Source: the human T2T-CHM13v2.0 reference genome, Homo sapiens
Assembly: GCF_009914755.1 (NCBI RefSeq)
Contig: NC_060932.1
Reading direction: 5' to 3' (one strand)
DNA length: 64,000 nucleotides
Shown one piece after another: positions 25,027-37,554 of this stretch. Under the pieces are notes generated by a model that was given only the letters and a program-made list of their open reading frames with translations, did not search any database and was not told where the DNA came from. The translations under genes and the position numbers were made by a program. Every line of letters begins with the position of its first letter. Position 1 is the stretch's first letter.

Positions 25027-26958
25027 TCCATGCCCCCTGGTTTCACCTTCAAAATCCCAATTGGCAAAAATATGTACAACTGTTAGATATCAGAGAAAAA
25101 AAACTCCCCTTGAATATTATTTAACTCTATTTAATTCATCAGGTTTCATTCAAAAAGGTGTCCTATGCAACTTAAATGTCATCAAAGAAATTGAAATTCC
25201 CTATTCTATTAAAGGAAATCACATATAGGTCAACCATATTGGGAAAACAAGCCCCCGCCTTGTTTGAAGAAGTCAAGGAAGTCAAGGGCTGGTGCAAAAT
25301 CAACTATTAACATCTTAAAGAGCTAGAGGAAAAAGAAAAGTAGATAAAAATAATCACCAAATATAGTTTTAGAATTTGAAAACAAAGAAATGGCATAAAA
25401 ATCACTATAAATATTCTGATGTCCCTCTGAAGAAGATGCACACAAATATATTTATGAGGAAGATCCATATGTTTTGCAAAAAACAATGAAACTAACAAGC
25501 AGTGTGGCAATTATGTTGTTTTCCTAGGCTGTTTCTTAGATTGTTTTCCAGTGTATGCATCTGAGCAAGGATTGGCACATTTAAGCACGGAAAATAAGAC
25601 AAAATAAGGATCAACTCATAAAAAACAGTTATTGTGAAAAATACCAAATGAGTCAAGTGGAAAAGTTAAACTCAGAGTCCAATGATGGGATCATGAGGCA
25701 GCCTACGTGACTTCTGTATTCCCTAGGCTTTCCCAGCAGAAACTAAGGTGCAAAGGGGAAAGCATCACACTTCCCATGGGGTATTAAGTTAAAATTACCT
25801 CGTGGAATGGATCACACTGGAAGCCTTAAGGATGACAGAAATCATAAAGTAAGAAGTAGCAAAACGGTGACGAGAGAGAGCACTGGTCCAGGAGTGAGGA
25901 GACGCAGATCCTAGCCCTTATGCCTACCTGATGTATAATGTTGAACACATTACTCACCCTCTCCAGGTTTCACATGTGGATTTAAATAACTTGAAAGCAT
26001 CCTTTCAGCTTGACCTTCCATGATTCCAAGAAAACTTTCAACCTTCTCAGGTTGCTCTGAATCTTGAAGCAACTATTTTAGATGAATAAACAAGTGAAGT
26101 CATTGTTGAGACAACTACTTTAAATAAACAAATGAATCAAGCCATCACCACTGTAAACATTGCTGCTTTAAAACGATGTTTTTGTTCAAATATATTATTA
26201 AATAGAATGCTTGAACAGAGGGAGCAGGACAGAGATCAGCTTGGAAATATTATAGCCTTATGAAAATAATCTGGAAGGATTTGCTATTTATCCAAATAGG
26301 AAAAAAAAAAAATAGAAGTTCAGGTAAGCAACACCAAAAAGAAACAAATGAAAAAAGATCCTGATTTTGCTCCAGATAGTGACCTATCATATGAACTAGT
26401 TTTGTAGACTAATGGCAGTCTCTTACCATCCCTCATGCTTAAATTGGTGAAAGGGAGGAAAAAGAGGAACACAACCATATCCAAATTAGCTGTGCATCAG
26501 AATCACCATGGTGTTGAGCATACAACCGTTTGTAATAGTACTTTTGTGTTTGAACACTTGAAAATCACTGAGCTAAAGTAGAAATGTTAAAAAGACTTGA
26601 TAGGCAGATGTACTGTTGGGGAATTTTCTGTCTTTTAAGGTAATTATTAAATCTCTAAGGAAAGTTAAAAAGGGGTGGGTAGTTTTAAATTGTTCTTGCT
26701 CTCCTGAAAGGTTTACCCTGTTCTGCTTTTTTGGCAATAATAAAGCTTTGTAATACAAATAATTTAAAAGATATGTTGTTTTGTGAAGATGGAACAGCTC
26801 TAGAGACTACATGTGTTTCAAGTGTCTGTACATGTATAATTGTATATGTATAATTCTGGGGAAGAGGCCATTGGGAAGTCTAAAGTCTAATAGTGTAGGG
26901 CATAAATAACTATTTCATTTAAAATTTTCAGGAAACCTTTAAGGAAACAGAGCCTCAG

Positions 26959-26995
26959 AGATGTTAAACTAGCCCAAGAGCTAGTTTTAACATCT
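26959..26995. repeat. Inverted repeat, 15-bp stem with 1 bulge, 6-nt loop
   Basis: agatgttaaactagc-ccaaga-gctagttttaacatct. Confidence 0.85.
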
Positions 26996-26997
26996 AA

Positions 26998-27087
26998 AAG
27001 GTTTTTGATACCAAGCAGGTGCGTCCTCAGCAGCATCTAAAGACATGGCTGCTGCTGAGGATGCACCTGCTTGGTATCAAGAACCTT
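26998..27087. repeat. Inverted repeat, 38-bp arms, 14-nt loop (pre-miRNA-sized hairpin)
   Basis: Arms 26998-27035 and 27050-27087. 36/38 pairs are Watson-Crick; the other two are G-U on the plus strand. Confidence 0.95.
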
Positions 27088-27372
27088 ATCAGCTGCAGGT
27101 AAAACCAATGAATGCCCCTTGGAGAAATGTTCCAATCTCTCTCTCTCTCTGAAACTCTGGTGCTAAAGCTTACCAAAAAAAAAAAAAAAAAAAAAAATTC
27201 CAGAAACTTTCCAAACACCCAATAGTCTGATTCTATCAAAAGGCCCTAAAATTACCTTACCATTCATTCTAGGGATTTCTTGATTCCTAAAATAATAAAT
27301 AAAATCACTATTTGCAAATCTCATTTATAGAAGAGAAATGCCTCATCTACTACTTCAAAAAAGGTTTGGTTT

Positions 27373-27622
27373 AAACACCACATGTTCTCACTCATAGGTG
27401 GGAATTGAACAATGAGAACACTTGGACACAGGGCGGGTAACATCACACACTGGGGCCTGTTGTGGAGTTGGGGGCTTGGGGAGGGATAGCATTAGGAGAA
27501 ATACCTAATGTAAATGACGAGTTGATGGGTGCAGCAAACCAACATGGCACATGTATACCTATGTAGCAAACCTGCATGTTGTACACATGTACCCTAGAAC
27601 TTAAAGTATAATAATAAAAAAA
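27373..27622 (+). mobile_element. L1PA5/6-like 3' end
   Basis: catgttctcactcataggtgggaattgaacaatgag...tgtaccctagaacttaaagtataataat. TSD-like aaaa(g/a)gtttggttt on both sides. Confidence 0.92.
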
Positions 27623-28474
27623 GTTTGGTTTTAGTAAAATATAATTTTCTTATTAACTACTAAAGGAAAGCCTCTATTCTGTCTTAAGTGGTTCACGGTG
27701 AGGGTCTCGGAAGGCCTAGGCTATCAGAAATTACAGCAGTAAATCCCAGGAATTAAAGATAATTTGTAACTTAAAGTACAAAGTTTTTGTACGAATAGGT
27801 TTATCACAGTTGTTCTTTCTGAGATGTATTTCACAAAAACAAACTCATTTCTTTTTGGTAGTATGTTCATAATTTTGTTCAGAATGACTTCAGCAAAGAG
27901 ACAGCTGAAAATGTGCTGAAATTATTTATTACATGAAATGAAGAAAAAAACTAGATGGAGAATAAATAATTCCATTATGAAATTTTCTTTTTACTCCTCA
28001 AAGTCAAGTCAGTGAAGCAGACCACATCAAAAGTGTTAAGGTTACTCTTTGAGTTTTGTTTGGGAGACAACCCAGATTACATAAAATGCAAAAGCAGAAG
28101 AACCAAACGAGCAAGAATGAAATTAAGTGGAAACTGTTACAACATAAATAATGACTGACTCTGCATCTGCACAAAGGTTCGATAAACATAGGAGAGTTTC
28201 GATTAAGCTGAGGTGTATAAACACTGGGTTTTAGTCCTACGTTCTTTTTTCATAATAGATATGTCACTTTGAGCTGGTCACATAATCACTGTATTCCTCA
28301 GTTTCTTTATTTGCAAAGGAAAAAAAATCTTCCTATGTGATAGCCTGTTTGTTTGGACCAAATGTGGACTTAAGAGTGCTTTGTAAATTCTAACACAGCG
28401 TAAAACTGTTCTCCTTGACCACACAGTGTTTCCAAAAATTAAAAAGTGAATGAATTGCTATCATTTAAAAATTG

Positions 28475-28715
28475 GTAGGATAAATCTAGAGATTTAATGT
28501 GCAGCATGAGGACTGTAGTTAATAATATTGTACTGTGTACTGAAAATTTGCTAAGAGTAGATTTTAGGTGATCTTAACACAAGGAAAAAGAGGTAATTAT
28601 GGAAGATGATGAATATGTAATTTTGTTTGACTGTACTAAGCATTTGACTATATGTATATGTGTATATCAGAACATCATGTTGTAACACCTTAAATATAAG
28701 GCAATAAAAAAGCGA
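28475..28715 (+). mobile_element. L1MA8/9-like extreme 3' end
   Basis: tctagagatttaatgtgcagcatgaggactgtagttaataatattgta...aacatcatgttgtaacaccttaaatata. Confidence 0.8.
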
Positions 28716-30260
28716 AAATAGAACAGTGGGATGATATCAAACTAAAAAGCTTCTGTACAGCAAAGGAAAACATTAAGAGAGTGAAGACAGAACCACCCCC
28801 CCCAATTGAGAGAAAATGTTTGCAAATCATATATGTGATTAGGAGCTAATGTCAAAAATATATAAGGAACTCAAACTACTCAATAACAAGAAAACAAATA
28901 GCCTCATTTAAAAATGGGCAAAATAAAAAAGAATGAGATCATATCTTTTATAGGAACTTGGATGGAGCTGGAGGCCATTATCCTTAGCAAACTAACGCAA
29001 GAACAGAAAATCAAACACCTCATGTTCTCACTTATAAGTGGAAGCTAAATGATGAGAGCTTATGAACACAAAGAAGGAAACAACACACACTGGGCTCTTC
29101 TTGAGGGTGGAGGGTGGGAGGAGGGAGGACAGCAGAAAAGAGAACTATTGGGGACTGGGCATATTACCTGGATGATTAAATAATCTGTACAACAACCCCG
29201 CGTGACACGTTTACCTGTGTAACAAACATTCACATGTACCACCAAACCTAAAAGTTAAAAAAAATAGAAATTAAAATTTAAAAAATAAAGTGGGCAAAGA
29301 AACTGAATAGATATTTCTCAAACGAAGATGTAAAAATTGCTAACAGGTAAATGAAAAATGTTCACCTTCACTAATTATTAAGGAAATGCAAATTAAAACC
29401 AAATGAGCTATCAATTTGCACTTGTTAAAATGGCTATTATCGAAAGCACAAAAGGTAAGCGTTGGAGAGAATGTGAAAAAGAGGGAACGCTTGCACGCTG
29501 TTGGCAGAAATGTAAATTAGTACAGCCATTTTGAAAAACAGTATGAAGGCTCCTCAAACAAACTAAAAACAGAACTACCATATGATCCAGCAATCCCACT
29601 TCTGGGTATATATCCAAAGGAATTGAAATCAGTATGTCAAGGAAATAACTGCATTCCTATGTCCACTGCAGCATTATTCACAATAGTCAAAATATGGAAA
29701 TAGCCTAAGTGTCCATCAACGGATGAGTGGATAAAGAAAATGTTGTGTGCATACCTCATGGAATACTATTCTGCCTTAAAAAGAAGAAAACTTGCAATAA
29801 CATGCATGAACCCAGAAGACATTATGCTAAATAAAATAAGCCAGGCACAGAAAGACAAATACCATATGGTCTCACTTACATGTAGAATCGAAAAAAGTCA
29901 AACTCATAGAATTGGAGAGTAGAATGGTGGTTACAGAAACTGCAGGAGGAGGGATAGGAAAACAGGAGATGTTGCTCAAAGGGTGCAGAGTTTCAGTTAG
30001 GCAGGAGGAATAAGTTTTAGTAATCTATAGCACAGCTTGCTGACTATTGTTAATAATAACATATTGTATATTTCAAAATTACTAAAAGATTTTAAATGTT
30101 ATCACCACGAAGAAAACTATGTGAGGTAATGGATATGTTAGTTAGCCTAATTTAATCATTCTGCAACATATACATGTCCCACAACATCACATTGCACCCT
30201 ATGAATATATGTAATTATTATCTCTCAGTTAAAAATAAAATATAATTTGTAAGTGAAAAA
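28716..30260 (+). mobile_element. L1MA4-6-like LINE-1 (ORF2 3' part plus 3'UTR), interrupted at 28923-29286
   Basis: tcaaactaaaaagcttctgtacagcaaagg...gaactaccatatgatccagcaatcccacttctgggtatatatccaaagg...aacatcacattgcaccct. Confidence 0.85.
28923..29286 (+). mobile_element. L1PA15/16-like 3' end nested in the L1MA
   Basis: ggatggagctggaggccattatccttagcaaactaac...agcagaaaagagaactattgg. TSD aaaRtgggcaaa at 28911-28922 and 29287-29298. Confidence 0.85.
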
Positions 30261-30747
30261 AAGAATATTTTAAAAATCAGAATATTTCATATAAAATGTG
30301 TATTTCAGCCTTCTATTAAAAAATCAGACATTCTAGCAACACTGGCACCATATTCCTGTATAGCACAGTTGTCTGGAAGTGAGTATTAGCTGCTCTCTGG
30401 GAACAAAATTCTCTTCAGTTTCCTTAATCCCTAAAGTTCCCTATAATCTTACTCAGAGGCCATCCACATAACCTGATGGGGCCTTCAGGTATTAAGTTTA
30501 CCTGCCTCCCCAAACCAAATAAATAAATAAATAAATTGCAAAGGAAGATTAGATGTTAAGGCAAATAGTTAGTAGATTTCACTATCACTACTTATTTGGA
30601 ATTCTATTGCCTGGATTAGAGTTTGAGTCTGGGCTCATTAAAAAAATATAGGAGATGATCCATATACCACCCCTATACAATGAAAGTGTGTGCCAGTAAA
30701 AACAAACAAACAAAAAACATGCTGTTTAGAATGTAGTTATTCAGGCT

Positions 30748-30843
30748 ACCAATATTAGGAGACAGATGACTCCTAATGACTCCTAATTAGGAGACGGATG
30801 ACCAATATTAGGAGACAGATTACAATATTAGGAGACAGATGAC
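30748..30843. repeat. Complex minisatellite: 4 direct copies of attaggagacRgatKac plus 2 inverted ctcctaat
   Basis: Read directly from sequence. Confidence 0.9.
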
Positions 30844-31565
30844 TTTGCCAACAAGCATTGCCACAACTTTCCCAAATTTAACTGCAATTGTCTTTAGAGA
30901 GAAAATGTTAAAATCTGAAAAACACACACTATGTAGTTGGGAAATTATTTAAAATCTCTATGCAAGAAGGCTTAAAGCAAGCATCAAATTTGAATCAATA
31001 AGACATTTTAACTTGAGAATCTTAAAAATCACTAGATATTGTTCTAAACAAGCTAACCCCCCAATTATAACTTTTTAAACTGCAAATAATATTTTTATCT
31101 TGGAGGTAGAAATTAATTATTCAAGGCCCAAGCCAAGCCCTTTTGACTACTTCAGTGACCAGAAGAGGTCAGGTTGCTTAGACACAGACAACAATATGCC
31201 ATCCAAAAATGGGAATGCCATTAGGAAACATTTCAAATTCAAGAGCAGAAATTAGCCTACTTTCTTCTTTTCTAGTGGGGAGGACCCTAGTCATTGTGAG
31301 GCAACAGACTTTAAGTAGAGGACCTTAAGACTATGTATAAGATGAAGAAGGAAATAGAAGACTATAGGATGATGGATGCCCTGGATAAGAGAGTTACCAG
31401 TTTAAGAAGGCAGACAGGCAAGAGTTCCTAGGAGCACATTCATCCAAGTCTTATCTGACTTCAGATAAGACAGAGTGCTTCTGGCTTATGGGACCAAATG
31501 GAATCAATTAAAGGGAAACACACATATACGTGATACTAACTTATCTAATGGGATTGACTGATTGA

Positions 31566-31632
31566 TTTTCTTTCTTTCTTTTTTCCCTCCCTGCCTCCCT
31601 CTCTCCCTTCCTTCCTTCTTTCTTTTGTTTTT
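31566..31632. repeat. Polypyrimidine low-complexity tract (CTTT/CCCT/CCTT)
   Basis: About 65 nt almost free of purines on the plus strand. Confidence 0.8.
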
Positions 31633-32629
31633 TGCACTGCTCATTTTCAAATATTCTTGGTTCCAAATGTTAGTTTCCATTTGCATAGTCAGGCCATGGG
31701 ACAACACAGATGATCTACCTTCTGTGTGAGCCTCTCTGTCTCTGACACCACTTAATGCCAGAGAAGCCACAGTGTGCAACTCAACCCTTTCCTGCAACTG
31801 GACAGTAGGCTTCACCTGGTCATTGCTTTTTTTTTTTCCAGTCTAAAATGGATGGACACAAGGCCTCAACCACTTTTCTGTTCTCAATTCTAAAGCTTGT
31901 TTGTCCAAAAAAATCAGCTCCTCTACATCTAGGTACAGCTCCTGGATCTAGTCAAACAAATCAGAAGAGACATTGCCACAGACCTCATGATTTCCACAGG
32001 CTTACTTCAGTAGAGTTTGATTGTCTGTCAACTGTCTTTCTAGCTGGTGGTTGGTTGCTTCACCAGTTGGTTGGTTCGGTTAACAAGAGATCTTTTCTGG
32101 TTATACATAACCTGAAAGTTATTTTCTAGAGAGAAAATCGAGAAGGGAATATAAAACTTTTCCTACCACTAATGTGTAGTCGGGAGAGTGCAAAATAGTG
32201 AGAAGTTCTGATTAGCAAGGGGGAAGAACAGAGACATCAGTTTCAAGAGATAGCAGCTTTGAGTTTATTTTGTAGAATACAAAGTAGTTCTTAAAATGTG
32301 GGGATCATGGACATCCTCTGAAGACACTAAGAAAACCATGAGCCTTCTCTCTCTAAAAATGCACAATATTAGGCAGTTAAGAACTCTCTAACCCAATCCA
32401 TATACTTTAAGACATACATGGACCTCAAATGAAAATCCACAGTGAAGAATATAAATAAACATGCATCTGTTTTCAATCAAAATCTTGGTAGAAACATCAG
32501 TTATACTATCTAGTTAACAGAAAATCTGTAAGAGAGACGTTTGTCATATCAAAATATCATTTGGCATACTACAAATATATATAATTTTACTTATCAATTA
32601 AAATTAAATTAAGAAAAATCTTAAAAGAA

Positions 32630-33070
32630 AAATGCATCATGATCAACCAGGAGTGCAAGGAGAGCTTAATATTTTAAAATATATCCAAATTTATCACATC
32701 TGCAGACCAAAGGAAATAAACCATATGAGCACCTTGATTACTGACATTTGATAAAGTTAAACAATCAATTCTATACATATATACTTAAAAAAAGAAGTCT
32801 TAGAATCTAAGAATAAAAAAATCCTTCTTTATCATGCTGAAGAATGTCTATTTCAAATGAACAACCAACGTAATACTTACTAAGTGTTCCTATGCTTTCA
32901 AGAATTAGTCAAATTTTCCACTACAACCACTATCATTAACTATTATTTAAATTTTGGAGACAGTCACATCCAATACAGAAAGATAATATAAACAGAGAGA
33001 GAGAGAGACTTTTGGGTAATTACCAACTGAAAGATTAAAAATTTAGTGCAACTTGGATTCAAAATGCTCA
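32630..33070 (+). mobile_element. Old L1M/L1ME ORF2 relic
   Basis: catcatgatcaaccaggagtgcaagga...aaccatatgagcaccttgattactgacatttgataaagtt resembles the RT-region HHDQ...AFDK segment. Confidence 0.5.
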
Positions 33071-33079
33071 TGCACAGGA

Positions 33080-33200
33080 GGGATTATTATTTATTTTTCC
33101 TATTTTACAGATTAGAAACTGAGGCCTAGAAAAGGTAAGTTGCCCAAGTTTACTGGCTAATAAGTAATAAAGCTAGAATTCTAATGTACCAAAAATCTAT
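33080..33200 (-). mobile_element. MIR fragment
   Basis: cctattttacagattagaaactgaggcctagaaaaggtaagttgcccaag. Confidence 0.7.
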
Positions 33201-33822
33201 GTTAATGGTGGCCTACTTGTGACTCACCTCAAAATACATTAATGTATACTCAGCAGGGTTCATAAGCAGTAAGATTTTTTTTCTCTTTACTTTGTAAAAT
33301 CACTTAATCTACATAAATAATTCATATCTTGATTGACGTTCACATGACATCAAAAAAAGTGAAAAGTTCTATAAAAGGCAGAAGAAGAAGGAAGACTATT
33401 TTGTCTTCAATCAAGATAAGACTATTATTAATTTATTTTTAAGACACTGACTAAATATGTGATATAATAATAAAAAAAAGCATAAGGGTGTCTGGATCCT
33501 TGCATTCTTGCTAAATCTCTATCAGCTACTAGCCAAATAACTTGCCTGAGCCCTCATTTCCTTCATCTGTATACTGAAGGTGCTGACATAAATATTTTCT
33601 AAGATTCTATGAGCCTGTGACTCAAGTTAGTGATAGAGAACTTTGGAAGGCAACCTAAAGTTTAGGGTTCTGCTAACATATCATTCCAAGGACTTGTCCC
33701 TAATGGACCAAGACTGGGCTGGGTGTCCCCTCTGTGTTCCCTTGGAGTCCTCTACTTCTAATACAACACTTGTTACACTATTTATGTGATCATCTTTTTA
33801 TCTTATTAAAATGTAAGTTCTT

Positions 33823-34042
33823 CATATGGACACAGGGAGGGGAACATTACACACCGGGGCCTGTTGTGGGGTGGGGGGCAAGGGGAGGGAGAGCATTTGG
33901 ACAAATACGTAATGCATGCAGGGCTTAAAACCTAGATGATGGGTTGATAGGTATAGCAAACCACCATGGCACATGTATACCTATGTAACAAACCTGCATG
34001 TTCTGCACATGTATCCCGGAACTTAAATTTTTTTTTAAAAAA
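33823..34042 (+). mobile_element. L1PA8-like 3' end
   Basis: ggacaaatacgtaatgcatgcagggcttaaaacctagatgatgggttgatagg. TSD gtaagttctt at 33813-33822 and 34043-34052. Confidence 0.92.
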
Positions 34043-34094
34043 GTAAGTTCTTTGAACACAGAGGCCTGAGTCATTTTACCATTTGTTGGAGAAG

Positions 34095-34355
34095 CAGAAT
34101 AGCATATGGGGCAAGAGCACATACTCTGAAACAACACTGCACTGCCTTTCACATCCAGATCCACTGTCTCTAGCTTTGTGTCCTTGGGAGAGTTAGCCAA
34201 CCACTCTTTGCCTTGAAATCCTCATATGCAAAATGGAGATAATGATGACACCTAACACACAGAGTTGTTGTGAGGTTTATGTAAGCTACGGCATGCAAAT
34301 CATTTACAAGAGGAATTGTCACGTAACAGGCAATAAAGTCAGGTATTATTATTAT
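34095..34355 (+). mobile_element. MIR (MIRb-like)
   Basis: ctagctttgtgtccttgggagagttag...cctcatatgcaaaatggagataatgatgacacctaacacacagagttgttgtgagg. Confidence 0.75.
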
Positions 34356-37078
34356 CACTGGTGTCTGACTTTTCTGGTATGTAGTAGATACCCAGATATT
34401 TCTTAAAAAAAAGTGAAAGATTAACTGTTTTCACAACATTTAAGATGTGAAACCAAAAGACTTCAAATTAATAACAAATGCCTATGACTTTGGTTTAATA
34501 CAAAATGAGGTACCTCTATTACCTAGACTCATACTTTATGTTATTTTAGGATGTATTTAGGAGCACTGTTGAGTAGTAACTCAAAATGTTCTGTGGCTGC
34601 TTTAAGGTTTTAAGCTCTGGTAAAACCCTGCCCAAACTTCATAGATGAGAGGTTATGGCAAAGGGAATCATCCCACTTGCCAACCATCTACCTTGGGATA
34701 TATACATGAACAAAGACTCCAGTGGGATTTGCTCAGATGAGAGACTTGGAAGCGCTATGAAAAATATCTATGGCATGACATTTTCTGACGGGAGCATGGC
34801 CTCAACTCTTCTTTCTAGTTAATGAGCCTTAATTTATGAAAGCTCCTGTCTTGGTAGGTTTTGCATCATTCTTCACTGCAAATCCCTTCATTCTGTTTCC
34901 ACTCTGTGCCTGGGTATGTGATCATAATATTGCCAGTTTTCCTAATACAATGCTGCTAACTCACTTATCACAATAAGCCCCTTTAGAATAAATTAAGCTT
35001 GCAAATCATGTTTTGGTGTACCACATCTTTAGCTAAATAGACATATATATATATACCCAAAATAACTTTTAGAAATCTGTTACCGTGTCACTGAGATAAA
35101 TAGCCCCATATTTTAGCTTCTCTGTGCTCAGAAAAAAATAAAATCCTAATAGCAAGTTCTTATTAATTATTTCATGAACAGGACAAACATTTAAAAGGGA
35201 GCATTTTTTAAAGGTATCCAAGAGATATTAACTGCTGTTTCTCCAAGAAATAATTTCTATGCTTCATAAAGAAAATTCTGTTTCATACACATTTAAGCTC
35301 GATTTTCTTCAACAGATGCTGGAGTAGAAAGGTACCACCCTGCTCCATGTAAGCATAGATTCTTAACTGTGTACTCTCTAGAATTTTGACCTGAAGTTAG
35401 GGGAGATAATAAAAGTGGGGGGTTGGGACTCACCTCCTTGAGCAAGTGTCTTGACCTCTCTGAGCTTCAGTTTTCCTGTTAGGTAACCAGAGGACTGCCA
35501 ACTTACCATTCCACTATAGTATCCCATAATCCTATAATCTCACCTCTGTTGACCATTAGACCAAGTAAAATGATTTGCCTTCTTTCACTCAGTAATAAGC
35601 AAACTATACTGACAAAATACATAGCATACATCTTAACTTTGAAATATTTGGCTTCCAATGTGGTTTCTTAAAACAATAATGATGCTATGGCAGTTTTATT
35701 TGTCAGTAGGTTGACATTAAATTGTTTTCTCAGCTGTGTTAAGCAACAAGAATCAGTTCCCACATGTTTATCACATGGACTATGATTTATAATTCCCAAA
35801 ATAAACTTGATATTTTCTTTCACTTATATATTTTTAAATTTTAATTCGAATGCCATTTGAAGTCTTTTGGTTTCACATTTCGAATGCCAAGTATTACTCC
35901 TTTAAAAGCTTTCTTAATGACTATATCAAAGTACAAGAGGAATCTTCAAATATACTCTCTTATGCTGCTTCAAAATACATTCTTTCCAGTTGTAGAAAAT
36001 GAAGCAAATAACAATGAACATATAATGCTGCATATGCACTACGATGAAAGAACTGGCAAAGTTGCTTCAAAAAAAGCTCTTAACAATTGGTCTGTACACT
36101 GTCACCAAGGCAACACCAAATGCTGACAGACAAAAATGCATTAACTTTCAGTGTGAACATATTTTAGGTAAGCTTAATTGTGAAAGAAATTAGATCAGAG
36201 TCTGATTTTATGAGAAAAGGCAGAACCTTACCCAAATTTCCTCCTGCAATGGGATGTGGTCTGTTTTCAGGGGTTGAACAATCCCTAGACTTCCGTTCAA
36301 TAACTCACCATAATGTCCTGCAAGACATATTCATCCCAGCATCATTGCCACCACCAGCTACCACAATGCATGACTAGTCCATCAAGAAATAAGAGGCCTG
36401 GTGAAATCAGGTGGTTAGCTAAAAGAAGTAGAATATTCCCAGGCTCTTTTACACATATCTTTTAAACTAGATTTCTTGAGATTTTTCCCAAGGCTAAAAT
36501 GGAAGACCGTATCATGTTTTCTAAGGAGAGTTTCTTTATTAATTTGATTACTAATAAATGTAGCAACTGAAAATAGATTATAGAGGACAGGGGTTGACAC
36601 TTTTAATAAAATAGTACTTTAGAATAACCCATAAAAAATGACAGGGTCAGATAAGTTTGTTTGGGGAGAAAAGTATTGTTTGGGATGAAAAATACTGTTT
36701 TCGAAAATAATCTACACGTGTAGCGCTTTATAAAGATGTTCTGTGTCCTGTAGTGTAATGCTAGCATGAATTAATACAAGCAAATCAAAAGGTTGAAAGA
36801 TGATTTTATCATTGGATTTGCTTCTAAATGTACAGCTAAAATTTGAGTCAGAGTTTCAGTTATTCTGTTAAAACTAAAAGCAGTGGTTCTAACCTCATAT
36901 GTTGTGAACATGCATTAGATTATCCACAAGTGTTTCTTGAATGAATGATGAAAAACTGAACATTGTTTTTCTATTCAAGTTATGTCTAGATACCTCCTGC
37001 AGTCTGAGATTGCAGTCAAGGAGCAAGATGCTGATAAACATGCTGCTTACATAAACATAGCTGAGGCCCATGAGAAGA

Positions 37079-37554
37079 TTTTTTTTAAAATTATACTTTA
37101 AGTTCTGGGGTACATGTGCAGAACGTGCAGGTTTGTTACATAGGTATACAAGTGCCGTGGTGGTTTGCTGCACCCGTTAACCTGTCATCTACATTAGGTA
37201 TTTCTCCTAATGCTATCCCTCTCCTTGCTACCCACACACTGACAGACCCCGGTATATGATGTTCCCCTCCCTGTGCCCGTATGTTCTCACTGTTCAACTC
37301 CCACTTATGAGTGAGAACATGCAGTGTTTGGTCTTCTGTTCCTGTGTTAGTTTGCTGAGAATGATGGTTTCCAGCTTCATCCATGTCCCTGCAAAGGGCA
37401 TGAACTCATTGTTTCTTATGGCTGCATAGTACTCCATGGTGTATATGTGCCATATTTTCTTCATCCAGTCTAACATTGATGGGCATTTTGGTTGGTTCTG
37501 AGTCTTTGCTATTGTGAATAGTGCTACAATAAACATACATATGCATGTGTCTTT
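37079..37554 (-). mobile_element. L1PA7-like 3' end
   Basis: ttatactttaagttctggggtacatgtgcagaacgtgcagg. ORF 37294-37536 is the L1 ORF2 C-terminus (MFIVALFTIAKT.NQPKCPS..WMKLETIILSKL). Confidence 0.93.

Larger units (their letters stand above)
28400..30510. mobile_element. MER102-like hAT-Charlie element, split (about 28400-28472 and 30268-30510) by nested L1s
   Basis: cacagtgtttccaaaaatt...ttgctatcatttaaaaatt, resuming as ttaaaaatcagaatatttcatataaaa...ctagcaacactggcaccatattcc. Confidence 0.6.
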
